A stretch of 63,783 nt of DNA, counting the filler, from Licmophora abbreviata (Eukaryota), in the NCBI GenBank assembly GCA_900291995.1. It is 11 parts of 11 records of this genome, joined end to end, with 100 filler letters (N's around TTAATTAATTAA, not from the genome) between each part and the next. Parts side by side here need not be neighbours in the genome. Positions count along the whole stretch, not along the records: positions 17,876 to 28,536 come from OLMU01002970.1; positions 28,637 to 30,650 come from OLMU01002971.1; 9 more parts are not named here. One strand, given 5' to 3'. The translations under genes and the position numbers were made by a program. Below are positions 20,349-30,242 of this stretch, in pieces (position 1 is the stretch's first letter; every line of letters begins with the position of its first letter). The notes beneath the pieces are model-generated. The model searched no databases, was not told where the DNA came from, and worked only from the letters and a program-made list of their open reading frames with translations.

Positions 20349-21677
20349 TCACGACTTAGCGATACCTGCCCCAAAGTAGTCAGTCAGCGGCTTGGACGCT
20401 GCAGCAGGAGTCGACGTTTCCGCCGGCTTCTTAGCAGCGCCAGTATTCGTCCCAGTCACCAGCAATTGCTCACGAGTCAAGTCCTTCAAGTCTTCTCGGA
20501 GAAAGAGGAACTGCTCTCGCGAAGAACAGACTTGCGCAACATCGGTGGCAATCAACTTGCGTCGGTTTTGTAGACGCGCCACAGTAACGACTTCCTTTCC
20601 TAGCTTGATGGCGGCTAGTTCTGCACATTTCGTAATCAAGGCAGTGGCTTCCTTGGACACACCCTTGACCTCTGGGTCCAATCGGATTATCTTACGGATG
20701 CGGGCAACCGGAAAGACAGTCGCATGTGGACTGAGAGCCACCGCACCAGACTCGACGGGAGGAAGTTCGTCGAGGCCCGTGGTGGCTTTCCAGTCTTCCA
20801 AATCCTTAGCCACCCGTTCGCGTTCTTCCGCAGCCTTGACATGGTACGCACGTCGTTCTTCCTCGCTCATGTTGTTCCACTGATGCCCAATCTTCTTGGA
20901 AATATTCCCCATCGTCTCCCCGGGGTTCTGTTTATAATGGGATGCAGGCATCATACAAAGTTGCGAGGTGAGAGAGATTGACGAGAGGCGTTCGCAACGG
21001 CAACGACGAAGACAGGAGTGACACACGCGTACCGCTGCTTGGATTCCAGGTCTCTTGTCGGAAGAAAAGATGAGATATGCGCTTCGAGCTTTCTTGATGG
21101 GACGAGGGAGGATTGGAGCATCGGTCTTCTGTTCCGACGAGTGAGTTGCTGCCTCCGACTCATCGGATTGACGCTTGTCGTCCACATTCTCCTTTTCCGC
21201 GTCGACGGGGGGTGCTTCACCGTCGTCATCTGCCTTGCGCTTCTTGGAGTCAGTCGAGGAGGCGCCTTGAGCTGTTTCTTCTTTTTCCTTTTCTTCCGGG
21301 TGAGAGTGGGGTTGCCCCTCGGCCTGTTCCGAATCATCGTCGTCGTCGTCGTCGTCGTTGGCATCGTCCTTGGTCGATTCTTCTGTACTGCCGGTCTGCA
21401 CATCCGTCGACTCGTCGCCATCGGCATATTTCATGGTAGAGTCTTCTACAATACTGGGCTGCACGTCCGTTGCATCGTCGCCGTCCACGGCATTTCCCTT
21501 TCCCTCGGCTTGTTGTTCGTCCTTGTTTTCGTTCGTCGATGTCTCTTGCGTTGTTTTTGAAGTCTCTTCAGGGGCGTTACCATCCTGATCGTTCTTTAAA
21601 ACTTCAGGATGGGTCGGTCCCTTCTCCTTGTCATTCTCATCAACGCCAGCGACGCCGTCGTTCGGGACTTCCGCCAT
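20349..21677 (-). CDS. HMG-box + H2A-like histone-fold (POLE4/DPB3/CHRAC1/NF-YC-like) fusion protein; 2 exons
   Basis: IKKARSAYLIF…NPGETMGNISKKIGHQW…ERRAY after removing intron 21032-20928. FPVARIRKIIRLDPEV…AEL…RRKL…DV…FLFL histone fold. Acidic N-terminus. Confidence 0.85.
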   Translation of the reverse strand: MAEVPNDGVAGVDENDKEKGPTHPEVLKNDQDGNAPEETSKTTQETSTNENKDEQQAEGKGNAVDGDDATDVQPSIVEDSTMKYADGDESTDVQTGSTEESTKDDANDDDDDDDDSEQAEGQPHSHPEEKEKEETAQGASSTDSKKRKADDDGEAPPVDAEKENVDDKRQSDESEAATHSSEQKTDAPILPRPIKKARSAYLIFSSDKRPGIQAAVRVCHSCLRRCRCERLSSISLTSQLCMMPASHYKQNPGETMGNISKKIGHQWNNMSEEERRAYHVKAAEERERVAKDLEDWKATTGLDELPPVESGAVALSPHATVFPVARIRKIIRLDPEVKGVSKEATALITKCAELAAIKLGKEVVTVARLQNRRKLIATDVAQVCSSREQFLFLREDLKDLTREQLLVTGTNTGAAKKPAETSTPAAASKPLTDYFGAGIAKS

Positions 21678-21913
21678 GGTACTTTGCGCGCTGCCACTCT
21701 TGTGAGTGCAAAAATCTACTGCAAAAAGATTAACCTTTTGTCAAAACTCTGGATTCCTCTAAAAGTCAGAGTGTCCGCGGGTCTCCTATCTCTCTCTCTC
21801 ACCATGACTGTCACAAAACACAACACAAGAGACGATGGCGATCGACAGAGCTCTCATCTTCTTTCGCCGTCCTTCGCCATCATCCTTGTCATCCCCCAAG
21901 AAGTAGTTTGACC

Positions 21914-23125
21914 ATGCCTAAGCGGGGAAGCGAGCGCCAGCTCACGAAGGACGACTACGAAGATCAAGGCGACGACCGAGACAGTGGTCGTATCCGCCAT
22001 GGAATTGTTCGAGCTTCCACCGACCAACTCCGCACCCGAAAAATCGTCAAGACGTGAGTGTCTTCTTTTGTCGTGCAGGGAAGAATCTAAGTTCTCGTTT
22101 CGATTTGAATGACTGACGTGTTCCCCTGCCTTGCCTTCCTCATTTACAGAAACTTTACTCCCCCTCCAGCGACGCTTCCGTCGGAGCCAAGCAAGAATCC
22201 CTTCGCCTCGCTCTCCCTGCCCACACCAAATGTCACCAAGATTAGCTTTGCCTCCACGACATTCGCTTCGCAACCATCCGCCACGACTTTCTCTCTCTCC
22301 AAGCCTTCCACCGCAGAGAGTCGAGACCTGAACAGCGTCTTCATTGACTACATTCTGAAAGCCCTGCAATCAGATCCTGCGCGGGACGTGAGCAATGCAG
22401 CGATCGACTACGATCGCTACGCACTTGCCATTCAGCGCAAGCACACTGAAAGCCCTCTTGTGAAAGAGAAGAGCGCCACAAAGAAGATCTCATTTGGTGC
22501 TGCAGCGATGCCGCCCTCCACGAATAAGACGGACGATGCATCGACATCGAAAGCATCACCTGCCTTTAGCTTTGGAGCACCAAAGGCGGCGGCACCGGCA
22601 ACTCCCGCAGCACCTGCTCCTGCGTTTACATTCGGAAAGGCATCTTCTAATTCTGGTACACCGGCGCCTATTGCAGCGGTTCCAGCTACCGACGACAACA
22701 CTCCTTCTGCCGGCGATCAGGAGGAGAGCAGCAGTACCACTCCCATGCTGTCAAGTCACGACAGTGACTACGATAGCATCTACAGAGTCGAACCTGTTGT
22801 TCAATATACACTGGTGGACGATGCTTTGGAAAAATTCAAGGGACGCTTGTCCTTCAACATTGAAAAGTCCAAGACCGGCGTGTCGTACATTGGCACCTTC
22901 CGGACGGGCTTCAACCCCTCCCTCACGTTTGGTATATCCAAGGGCATGGAGTTTACCGTCATCGCACGTGAAGGCAAGAAGGGTGTGGTCAAGACGCTGC
23001 GGTTCATGACCATGCCCGCCGAAACGAATGAAAGTACCACGCTCGAACTAAAAGTCGGAGACGACAAGTGGCAAGGCTTATTTGAGAATCTTGGTAAGTG
23101 TGGTGCGGTCATCAAGGGAGAATGA
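21914..23125 (+). CDS. NUP50: Nup50/Nup2-like nucleoporin; 2 exons
   Basis: MPKRGSERQLTKDD…RASTDQLRTRKIVK importin-alpha-binding N-terminus. Intron 22054-22149. NPFASL, FSFG and FTFG repeats. Possible divergent Ran-binding C-terminal domain. Confidence 0.75.
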
Positions 23126-23646
23126 ACGTCTTCTCGCTTATTAATAATGCTGGAGAACCGGAGGACATTGTGATGCCTCGCGGCGGTAAACTTAGATGGG
23201 AGCTAATACTAATAGTATGATGGAGAAAGCCGGGTGTGCGATTGCTCCTATTGTCATGGTCCGATCTACTTCATATTGGAGAGGTCTTCAAATTTTGACT
23301 TTGATTAGAGTATAATTGCACTTTTCTCAGCACCCGTTTCATAATCTGGGCTAGTTCTCCTCACTAAGAATTGATCGCCTGTTGTATCGTTATGTATCTC
23401 GTCGAGTGGGGAAGTGTAATAGGTCTGACATACATGTACCGCCCACGCTCTCGCGCCGGTGATGCGTGATGGCGAGCACGCGGACGGCGGAATGACAAGT
23501 CGCGGGGCTCTCTTCATCATCCACGATGACGACGCCGCCGACCATCACCACAACACATCACAATCGGTTGGCAGCGACACAGTCTTCGTCAGAGCGCCTT
23601 CACAACATCTCTCTGTTCTCAAAATTGAAGGTATAAGCTTGAAACG

Positions 23647-24366
23647 ATGAGCGCGCTGGACCTTCTTGACGCTGCGATTGCCGATTTAGAAGGGAAATTG
23701 AACCTGCCTCCCGGTGGGAGCCTTCGTGATGTGGATGGTGCCGGCGCCGAAGACAACAAGCGTCCGCCAGCGAGTAAGCAGCCGTCCAAGCCCAAGAAGG
23801 AAAAGAACAAAAAACAACAGAATGCTCCCAAGGCAGCAGCAAAGAATGAGAATCAACCAGATATCTGTAAACTCGAGTTTAAGGTTGGCAAAATCACCAA
23901 GGTCTGGGTTCATCCTGACGCCGATAAGTTGTACTGCGAGGAGATTGATTGTGGAGAAGACGAACCACGACAGATTGCGTCGGGACTTCGACCGCATTAC
24001 GACGAGGCGGGCATGTTGGGAAGGCGACTTTTGGTGGTGAGCAACCTCAAGGCCAAGAATCTTGTTGGTTTCAAGTCGCATGGTATGGTGCTGTGTGCAG
24101 CGGAGACGCGGGCCGACGGCTCGGAACTAGTCCAGTTCGTCGAGCCGCCAGAGGGTGCGCCCCTCGGTGAGGTCATCACATTTGAGGGACTGCCGACCCC
24201 AGAACCCTGGAGTCCTTCACAAGTGGAAAAGAAGAAGGTGTTTGCTTCCTGCATGGAGGGAATGAAGACGACGGACGACTGCTGTGCCGCTTGGAACGGA
24301 CACATTTTCATGACGACAGCGGGTCCATGCAAGTGTCCCACTATCAAAGGAGGTGCGATGCGCTAA
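23647..24366 (+). CDS. Arc1p/EMAP-II-like OB-fold tRNA-binding protein
   Basis: VGKITKVWVHPDADKLYCEEID…RQIASGL…NLKAKNLVGFKSHGMVLCA…VEPPEGA, preceded by a Lys-rich linker. Confidence 0.9.
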   Translation: MSALDLLDAAIADLEGKLNLPPGGSLRDVDGAGAEDNKRPPASKQPSKPKKEKNKKQQNAPKAAAKNENQPDICKLEFKVGKITKVWVHPDADKLYCEEIDCGEDEPRQIASGLRPHYDEAGMLGRRLLVVSNLKAKNLVGFKSHGMVLCAAETRADGSELVQFVEPPEGAPLGEVITFEGLPTPEPWSPSQVEKKKVFASCMEGMKTTDDCCAAWNGHIFMTTAGPCKCPTIKGGAMR

Positions 24367-24476
24367 TGAGTCTTCCAATGATCCAGACGCGGTAGTGTCC
24401 GTAAGGAATGCACGAAGTTTTCCATATTTTCTCGTTCGTTGAGTATAGTATTGTGCGACTATTAGCTTTTCGACCT

Positions 24477-26279
24477 TCAGACGTTCCCATTTGCTCTTGC
24501 ATCTTGAGCAATGCCTGCATTGGATTGCAGTTCTGCTAAAAGAGAATCAAACAAGTCAATCGGGGGCGAGTCGCTCTCGTGGTTTCGTTCGACCCGTTCA
24601 GAATCCTCGTCCGACGCCTCCGACAATTGGCGAAATCGCCCCGTAATGACGTAATCGACATGGTGACATAGGCCCTCAAGGTTTGATGCCATCGTCCGCT
24701 TCTTCTTCTTCTTGTTTGCATCCACAAAACTCTGGTCCATCGCAAGCTGCATTGCCTTTCTTAGCGTCACGGCTGCGGCATCCCATGCAGCGCGCAGCAT
24801 AGCACGAGTGTCTGCATCGAGTCGTCCCGACGAATGATTTTCGCCGCCGTTCAAACCATTGGAAGCAAGAGAATCAAACAACTTCCGAGGGGTCGGGGCT
24901 GTGGGGTTTGTTCCGTCTGCTACCACAACGGGTTTGATATTGGGCATGCGCGCTAGAATGTGACGACAACGTTCCCGGTAGTCTGCCACATCAAGTCCCC
25001 ATCGCAGTACAGCAACTATTGCGGATTCCTCTGAATAGTCCGTTGCTGTCTTATACTGCTCCATTATTGGCTTCACAGCAACATTCCGTATTCGTCGATT
25101 CCTCGCAAGTGCCTCGTCTTCGACAATAAGTTCAGCGTGTTCCAATCCACTGTTTTCATGATTCTGAAGTATTCTTTCTCCCAAACATTGGATCCATCGC
25201 AGTTGCAGTCTCCGGTTCGACGCTCGAAACACATGCGACACACCTGAGCCTGACACAAGCTCAAATGAAAAGAGAAGTCGTTGCAACGGCGTGTAGTCTG
25301 GAGTCGACTCCAATAGCAGGGCTCGTTTCAGACTGACGCGTTGGTGATTCGCCACTCGGTGATGTTGCGCCCCAATTGTGTACAGTCGACTGACACACCA
25401 CAAATGATCGTCCGTGAGTATGCAAAAGACTCGCCGCCATAACTGGTGGTCTTTTGGTGATCGTTTCAATAGATACCCCGAGATGTATTGACGATGTACC
25501 ACCGAGTGGCTACCAGAAAGAAGCTGGTATCGGCGACGCTCCCGAGATAGAATTCGATATACCATATCCTCAGAATCATCCTCTTGAGGATGTATGCTTC
25601 TTTGTCCGTCGCCGCTTCGTTCTTTATCAGCGGTACCTTCTTCTTTCATCCATGGGTATGAAATTGAGTCTTCTAGCTCGATTGCCAGTACACCATCATC
25701 CCCATCGATGCCTGTATCACGCTCGTCATCCGACTCCTCGTCTGGGTCGGCAAACGCAGGTTCCATATCGGTACAATAACCATCCAATTCAATACAGCCG
25801 GGTGCCTGTAATGAAAAAGGTACAAAGAACCATTGGAGTCGCGGCGCAATGACTGTTCTCTGAGTCGGCGTTCCCAGTCGCTCACGCAAATGTTCCAACA
25901 CAGCATCTCTCACAACGAGCGGGTTCTCGTCAGGCTGTAAGGTTCGAACAACATGCAAGGCCTCAGATTCACGCGGACGAGAAGCTTCAAGCTGATCGTG
26001 CTCGAAACGAAGATAGGTTTTGGGCAAAGAGTGCAGCGTTCCTACCAAGACGAGCACATCTTTCGCCGTAGGCGCGGTGTCGGCAGTGCCGGGCAAGTTG
26101 AGAGTCTGTCGCAGCAAGGCCGTCACATCGGCGCTTCTGGCCTCATCAGAGATGCGAATAGCAGCAGACCCCGTCACCAGTTCGCTTTTCTGCCCTTCGT
26201 CTTGGGACGGATCAGGTGTCGCACTCCATTGCTGCCAGTAGATTCGATGAGATTCTTGCCGCGGACTGGGGGTGGTCAT
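24477..26279 (-). CDS. PH-domain protein with possible N-terminal ubiquitin/RA-like domain
   Basis: ISGYLLKRS…WRRVFCILT…FELV…HVFRAS…RWIQCL PH signature in a 600-aa ORF. Confidence 0.75.
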   Translation of the reverse strand: MTTPSPRQESHRIYWQQWSATPDPSQDEGQKSELVTGSAAIRISDEARSADVTALLRQTLNLPGTADTAPTAKDVLVLVGTLHSLPKTYLRFEHDQLEASRPRESEALHVVRTLQPDENPLVVRDAVLEHLRERLGTPTQRTVIAPRLQWFFVPFSLQAPGCIELDGYCTDMEPAFADPDEESDDERDTGIDGDDGVLAIELEDSISYPWMKEEGTADKERSGDGQRSIHPQEDDSEDMVYRILSRERRRYQLLSGSHSVVHRQYISGYLLKRSPKDHQLWRRVFCILTDDHLWCVSRLYTIGAQHHRVANHQRVSLKRALLLESTPDYTPLQRLLFSFELVSGSGVSHVFRASNRRLQLRWIQCLGERILQNHENSGLEHAELIVEDEALARNRRIRNVAVKPIMEQYKTATDYSEESAIVAVLRWGLDVADYRERCRHILARMPNIKPVVVADGTNPTAPTPRKLFDSLASNGLNGGENHSSGRLDADTRAMLRAAWDAAAVTLRKAMQLAMDQSFVDANKKKKKRTMASNLEGLCHHVDYVITGRFRQLSEASDEDSERVERNHESDSPPIDLFDSLLAELQSNAGIAQDARANGNV

Positions 26280-26504
26280 GGCGCGACAAAAACGGGGTAT
26301 TCGTCAGCAGTCGAGAAATGATTCAAAGACCACCAATTCTCATTGTTTCATCAAAATTAGGAAACCAGATAGAAGAGAAGCCCATTCAACTTGTCTTGCG
26401 ATAGAACAAGTAGGTAGAAACGCCGTTGAAGCTTCAACAACAAAGCCGGTCACCGCGCCGCCATCTTAAAGCCACTTCTGTCTTTTTCGCGGTCGTCTCG
26501 AAGA

Positions 26505-26530
26505 GACTCGACTCACTCGACTTGACTCAA
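26505..26530 (+). promoter_or_regulatory. Degenerate GACTC array in divergent promoter
   Basis: gactcgactcactcgacttgactcaa between divergent starts 26279 and 26638. A 14-bp palindrome gccatcatgatggc follows at 26558-26571. Confidence 0.35.
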
Positions 26531-26637
26531 ATTTTTTAGCGCGCGATGGTAGCGCGAGCCATCATGATGGCGCGCAACCATACAATCTTCCGTCACTTTT
26601 TCAATTTTATTCTTTGCAAAAAGCACACACACAGAGG

Positions 26638-27960
26638 ATGGCGACAATGTCGGAACAGCTTTCGCAGATCGATCCAGATCAGCCGCAAACCGTCGACATC
26701 ATGCTGCAGGCATGTCGCGAGGGAAATCTGGAGAAGGTTCGAAATATTCTCTCTGAAAACCCCGATTCTGCAAGTCAGCAAGCCGACTCGACGGGTCGGT
26801 CGCCACTTATGGAGGCTGCCGAGAAAGGCAATTTGGAACTCTGTCAGGTGCTCTTGGATCATGGCGCACCGTGGAACGCCATAGATCGATATGGTCAGTG
26901 TGCTGGAAACTATGCGACGAATGCCGAGTTCTGGGAAGTCGTCGATCTGCTGGTCGACGCTGGGACGCGCGCCGAACTCATACTGGGAGCATCCATTCGA
27001 CTGCAACGGAAGCAGCAAACAGAAGACAAGAGGGGGTTCGATGACTGTGAGACAAAAACAGTATCTACAGGAGAGTCATCAGAAGGCCGCCCTGTGGAGC
27101 ACGAGCCTTGCTCGAAACCCGATTACCTGCGGCAGCGACTGGAATATAGTGCCGATGGAAATTCACTACTTGATTCGGACAAGGATGCCGTCATGATGGA
27201 ATGGGAACGTCCTCTGATGGAAGCGCATGCCTCCATTCTGATGGAAGGACCGCGAAAACGTGTATTAAATGTCGGCTTTGGCATGGGAATCATCGATTCG
27301 GCCTTGCAAGAACTCGATCCAGCTCTTCACATAATCATTGAAGCGCACCCCGATGTCTACAAACGAATACTACGAGATGAATGGAACCAAAAGCCGAACG
27401 TGCGTGTTTGTTTCGGAACATGGCAAGAGATCGTTCCGATGCTTATCCAGGAAGGAGTCGTGGTGGATGCTATTTTTTATGATACTTACGGTGAACACTT
27501 TCTGGATTTAGAGGACTTTCATATGTCCATGGTCAACCTCTTGAGCAAACCACATGGCGTCTACTCGTTCTTCAATGGCCTGGCTCCCGACAATATATTC
27601 TTTCATGGAGTTGGTATGTGTGAATAAATACTCAAGGTCTATTGTGATTTAGCTGTGGCGTCTTACTCACGCTGTGTCTTCTCTGCAGCTTGTCAGTGCG
27701 TGAAGTTACAGCTCGGTCAACTCGGTCTCGACACGGAGTTTATTCCATGTAAAATACAAGTACCAAGCGATCGGGATTGGGAAGGGGTACGGCGAAAGTA
27801 TTGGCATGGGAGGGACACTTATTATTTACCAAGAGCCAGTTGGAATGCCGAGTTTCTTTCAAAGACGAGCAGAAGCCCTGTGCCCGCCGAGAATTCACTT
27901 AAACAGAGTGCGGACACCGATGTTGCACCAAAAGATGTGAAACGACCTAAAATAATATAG
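26638..27960 (+). CDS. RMT2: Ankyrin + GAMT-like protein arginine N-methyltransferase 2 (type IV); 2 exons
   Basis: Ankyrin repeats, GAPWNAID, VMMEWERPLMEAHA, VLNVGFGMGIID, IIEAHPDV, FYDTYGE, SFFNGL. Intron 27614-27688, then WEGVRRKYW…YYLP. Confidence 0.92.
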
Positions 27961-28039
27961 AATCGACTTCAAGGTGCTAATTACTCTACTAGGCTAAATA
28001 AAATAGAATCACTTCAAGGTGCTAATTACTCTACTAGGC
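27957..28039 (+). repeat. ~38-bp direct repeat spanning a convergent intergenic region
   Basis: atagaatc(g)acttcaaggtgctaattactctactaggc at 27957-27994 and 28003-28039. Confidence 0.9.
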
Positions 28040-29670
28040 ATGTCTTGCCATAGCTGGACACGCCTGAATCATCTCTTGTTGCATAGCGAGCATGGCACTC
28101 ATCATGGCCTGCATCTGCCTCATCATCCAGACCTGGAAGATAAGAACGATGACAAGGAGAAGAATCGTTACATGCGTGGTAGAAGCAAGCAGCGGCGACA
28201 CAACCCCTTGTGGCGGCGCTGTTGGTGCTTCGAATTTGACTTTCTTCTCCGGCGGCTTCCCCTCGATTATCTCCGACATGAACTCAAACATGCCAGTAAA
28301 GTACTTGATGAACTCAGACCTCGTTGTATTCGCAATGACGGAGCGGAACATGGTGGACTTGACGAATCGAATATCAAACTCAGCCAAAACCAACACCTTT
28401 CCATCTCGCGGCTCCACTAAGACACGGTCTGTGACGTAGAAGCAGTCCGTCATAGGCACATCTTGCACGTATGTGTCTGTCTCAATCGAGATTCCATGAT
28501 CTCCATAGCGACGAAAACGTTGTTCCTTCTTGGCACNNNNNNNNNNNNNNNNNNNNNNNNNNNNNNNNNNNNNNNNNNNNTTAATTAATTAANNNNNNNN
28601 NNNNNNNNNNNNNNNNNNNNNNNNNNNNNNNNNNNNCGCTAGTGGAGCATTCACTGGGTGACTGTACTCAATAGTGCGTACTAGGAGCGGGCTGCCTTCC
28701 TCCTGGGCCTCCCAAGTCGAGGTGACAAGGTCCTCATCGCCATTCGATTCGAGAAACGTAGGTAGCCCATGCTTAGCCTCATCGGCGATGAACAAATCAA
28801 AGAACGTTTGTAGATTGCACGCCAGCTCATGATCCTAATGAAAAGTTTGGTCCACAAGCGTTGTTAAAAACAAGCAAGGATTGAAAAAGAAGAACACGCG
28901 CACGCGACCATGTGCTACAACAAAGTTCAATGACCTACGCATACCTTCAAAGCGCAGTCAGAGTACCCCTCATCAGCGGGTTCCTGCAGCTGCATCCATG
29001 CGTCTTCAATATCTTCCACGATGTCGTCTCCTTCGATTTCCGGATGCGGCGTCATCGCGCTCGGTGGCATGCGAATCGATTTGTAGGCTGGTAATTTCCG
29101 GGTCGAGAAGTGTTCGCGAGCCTCTTTGAGATTCGCGAGACTTGCTGCCGCCACGTAGGACGCTTCTTCACTGACCGGGGCTTCATCTTCGGCGTGTCGC
29201 ACTTCGGCTAGTGGATCGCTGGTGGTGCGTCGCAGAGTGTTCCGCAGCGGTGGCACTTTTCGGGGATCCGTATAAGATCTGTAACTCACGCCTCCTCCAT
29301 GTAAAGCCTCGCTGTGCAAAGATACGAGCGTCGCCCAACAGCGATCCAGATGAGTAACTTCTCGAAATTCATGGTTAGAATCCTGTGTCACCAGCATGAA
29401 ACCCTTATTTCCCTTGATGACCTTGATCACATCGATCCATCGAAGCTTGAGTTGGCGCTCAAAGAAGAACATCATACCACGAAAATAGATCCCCTCTGAT
29501 CCGGCTTGCAACACTCCCTTTGCATTCTGGTAGCAACAGGAAAACTCGGACGCAGCCTTTTCAATACCACTATCTTCTGATTTCTTAATTTCCGCGTCTC
29601 GAGGCATCACTTCGCCAGGCATCGAAGCGACCGAATCTCTTGCTCCTGTTGTGGCAGCCGTCATGGTCAT
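28034..29670 (-). CDS. GRAM + VASt (LAM/GRAMD1-like) sterol-transfer membrane protein; intron and gap; 5' end uncertain
   Basis: EFSCCY…G…IYF…FFE…LRWIDVIKV (GRAM). Intron 28944-28835. RTIEYSHPVNAPLA and DVPMTDCFYVTDR (VASt). C-terminal TM plus coiled coil. Confidence 0.8.
28537..28636. other. Artificial scaffold spacer
   Basis: 44 N + TTAATTAATTAA + 44 N. Confidence 0.98.
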
Positions 29671-30242
29671 TCCTGAGCTATAGTTTTAGTTTTGGGTCAA
29701 TTTTAGCCAGGAAAGATCACCAGCGATTCTTTAATCTCCCGATGGACCTACAGATGGCTCAGGCTGAAGAGATAAGTGCGTCAGAGGCTCACCGTCGCAT
29801 CAACATTGCCCAAATCGGTGACTCGAAGGCGCCGACACCCAACTTGAAACTGAGAATCGCACAGACTTCGTGAGACCCGTCGTTCTTGGCGCTGTATGGG
29901 TCTGTGTGCATGGCTGAAAGTAGCTTTTGGGGTGTGAATTGTACAAGCTCCGTCGTAGCCAACGACGACGGATGCTGCCTGTGCCTTTATTCCTTTTGGA
30001 GTCTGTCATCTGGCCTGTTTTCGCAAAGATTTATGGCCACTCAAATAATTGCCACACCATGACACACGAATGTTCTCAGTGCGTGTCGTGCTCGATGGTC
30101 CCAATTGGTGCAGTATCAAGTCAGATCTTTTGAGTTTCGAGGGTTGAATTATCTTCCTAGGAGACTGCAAGACTTAATTCTGCAAAGAAAAACTAATTTG
30201 AGGCTAGAACGATTGAACAAGAAGACTTGAAGCGGCGCCACT

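Noticed and set aside
29700..30240. Extra 5' exons or small ORFs upstream of the GRAM-VASt gene
   Set aside because: Possible splice signals exist (e.g. GTGAGC at 29792, minus strand), but I could not build a convincing coding exon.
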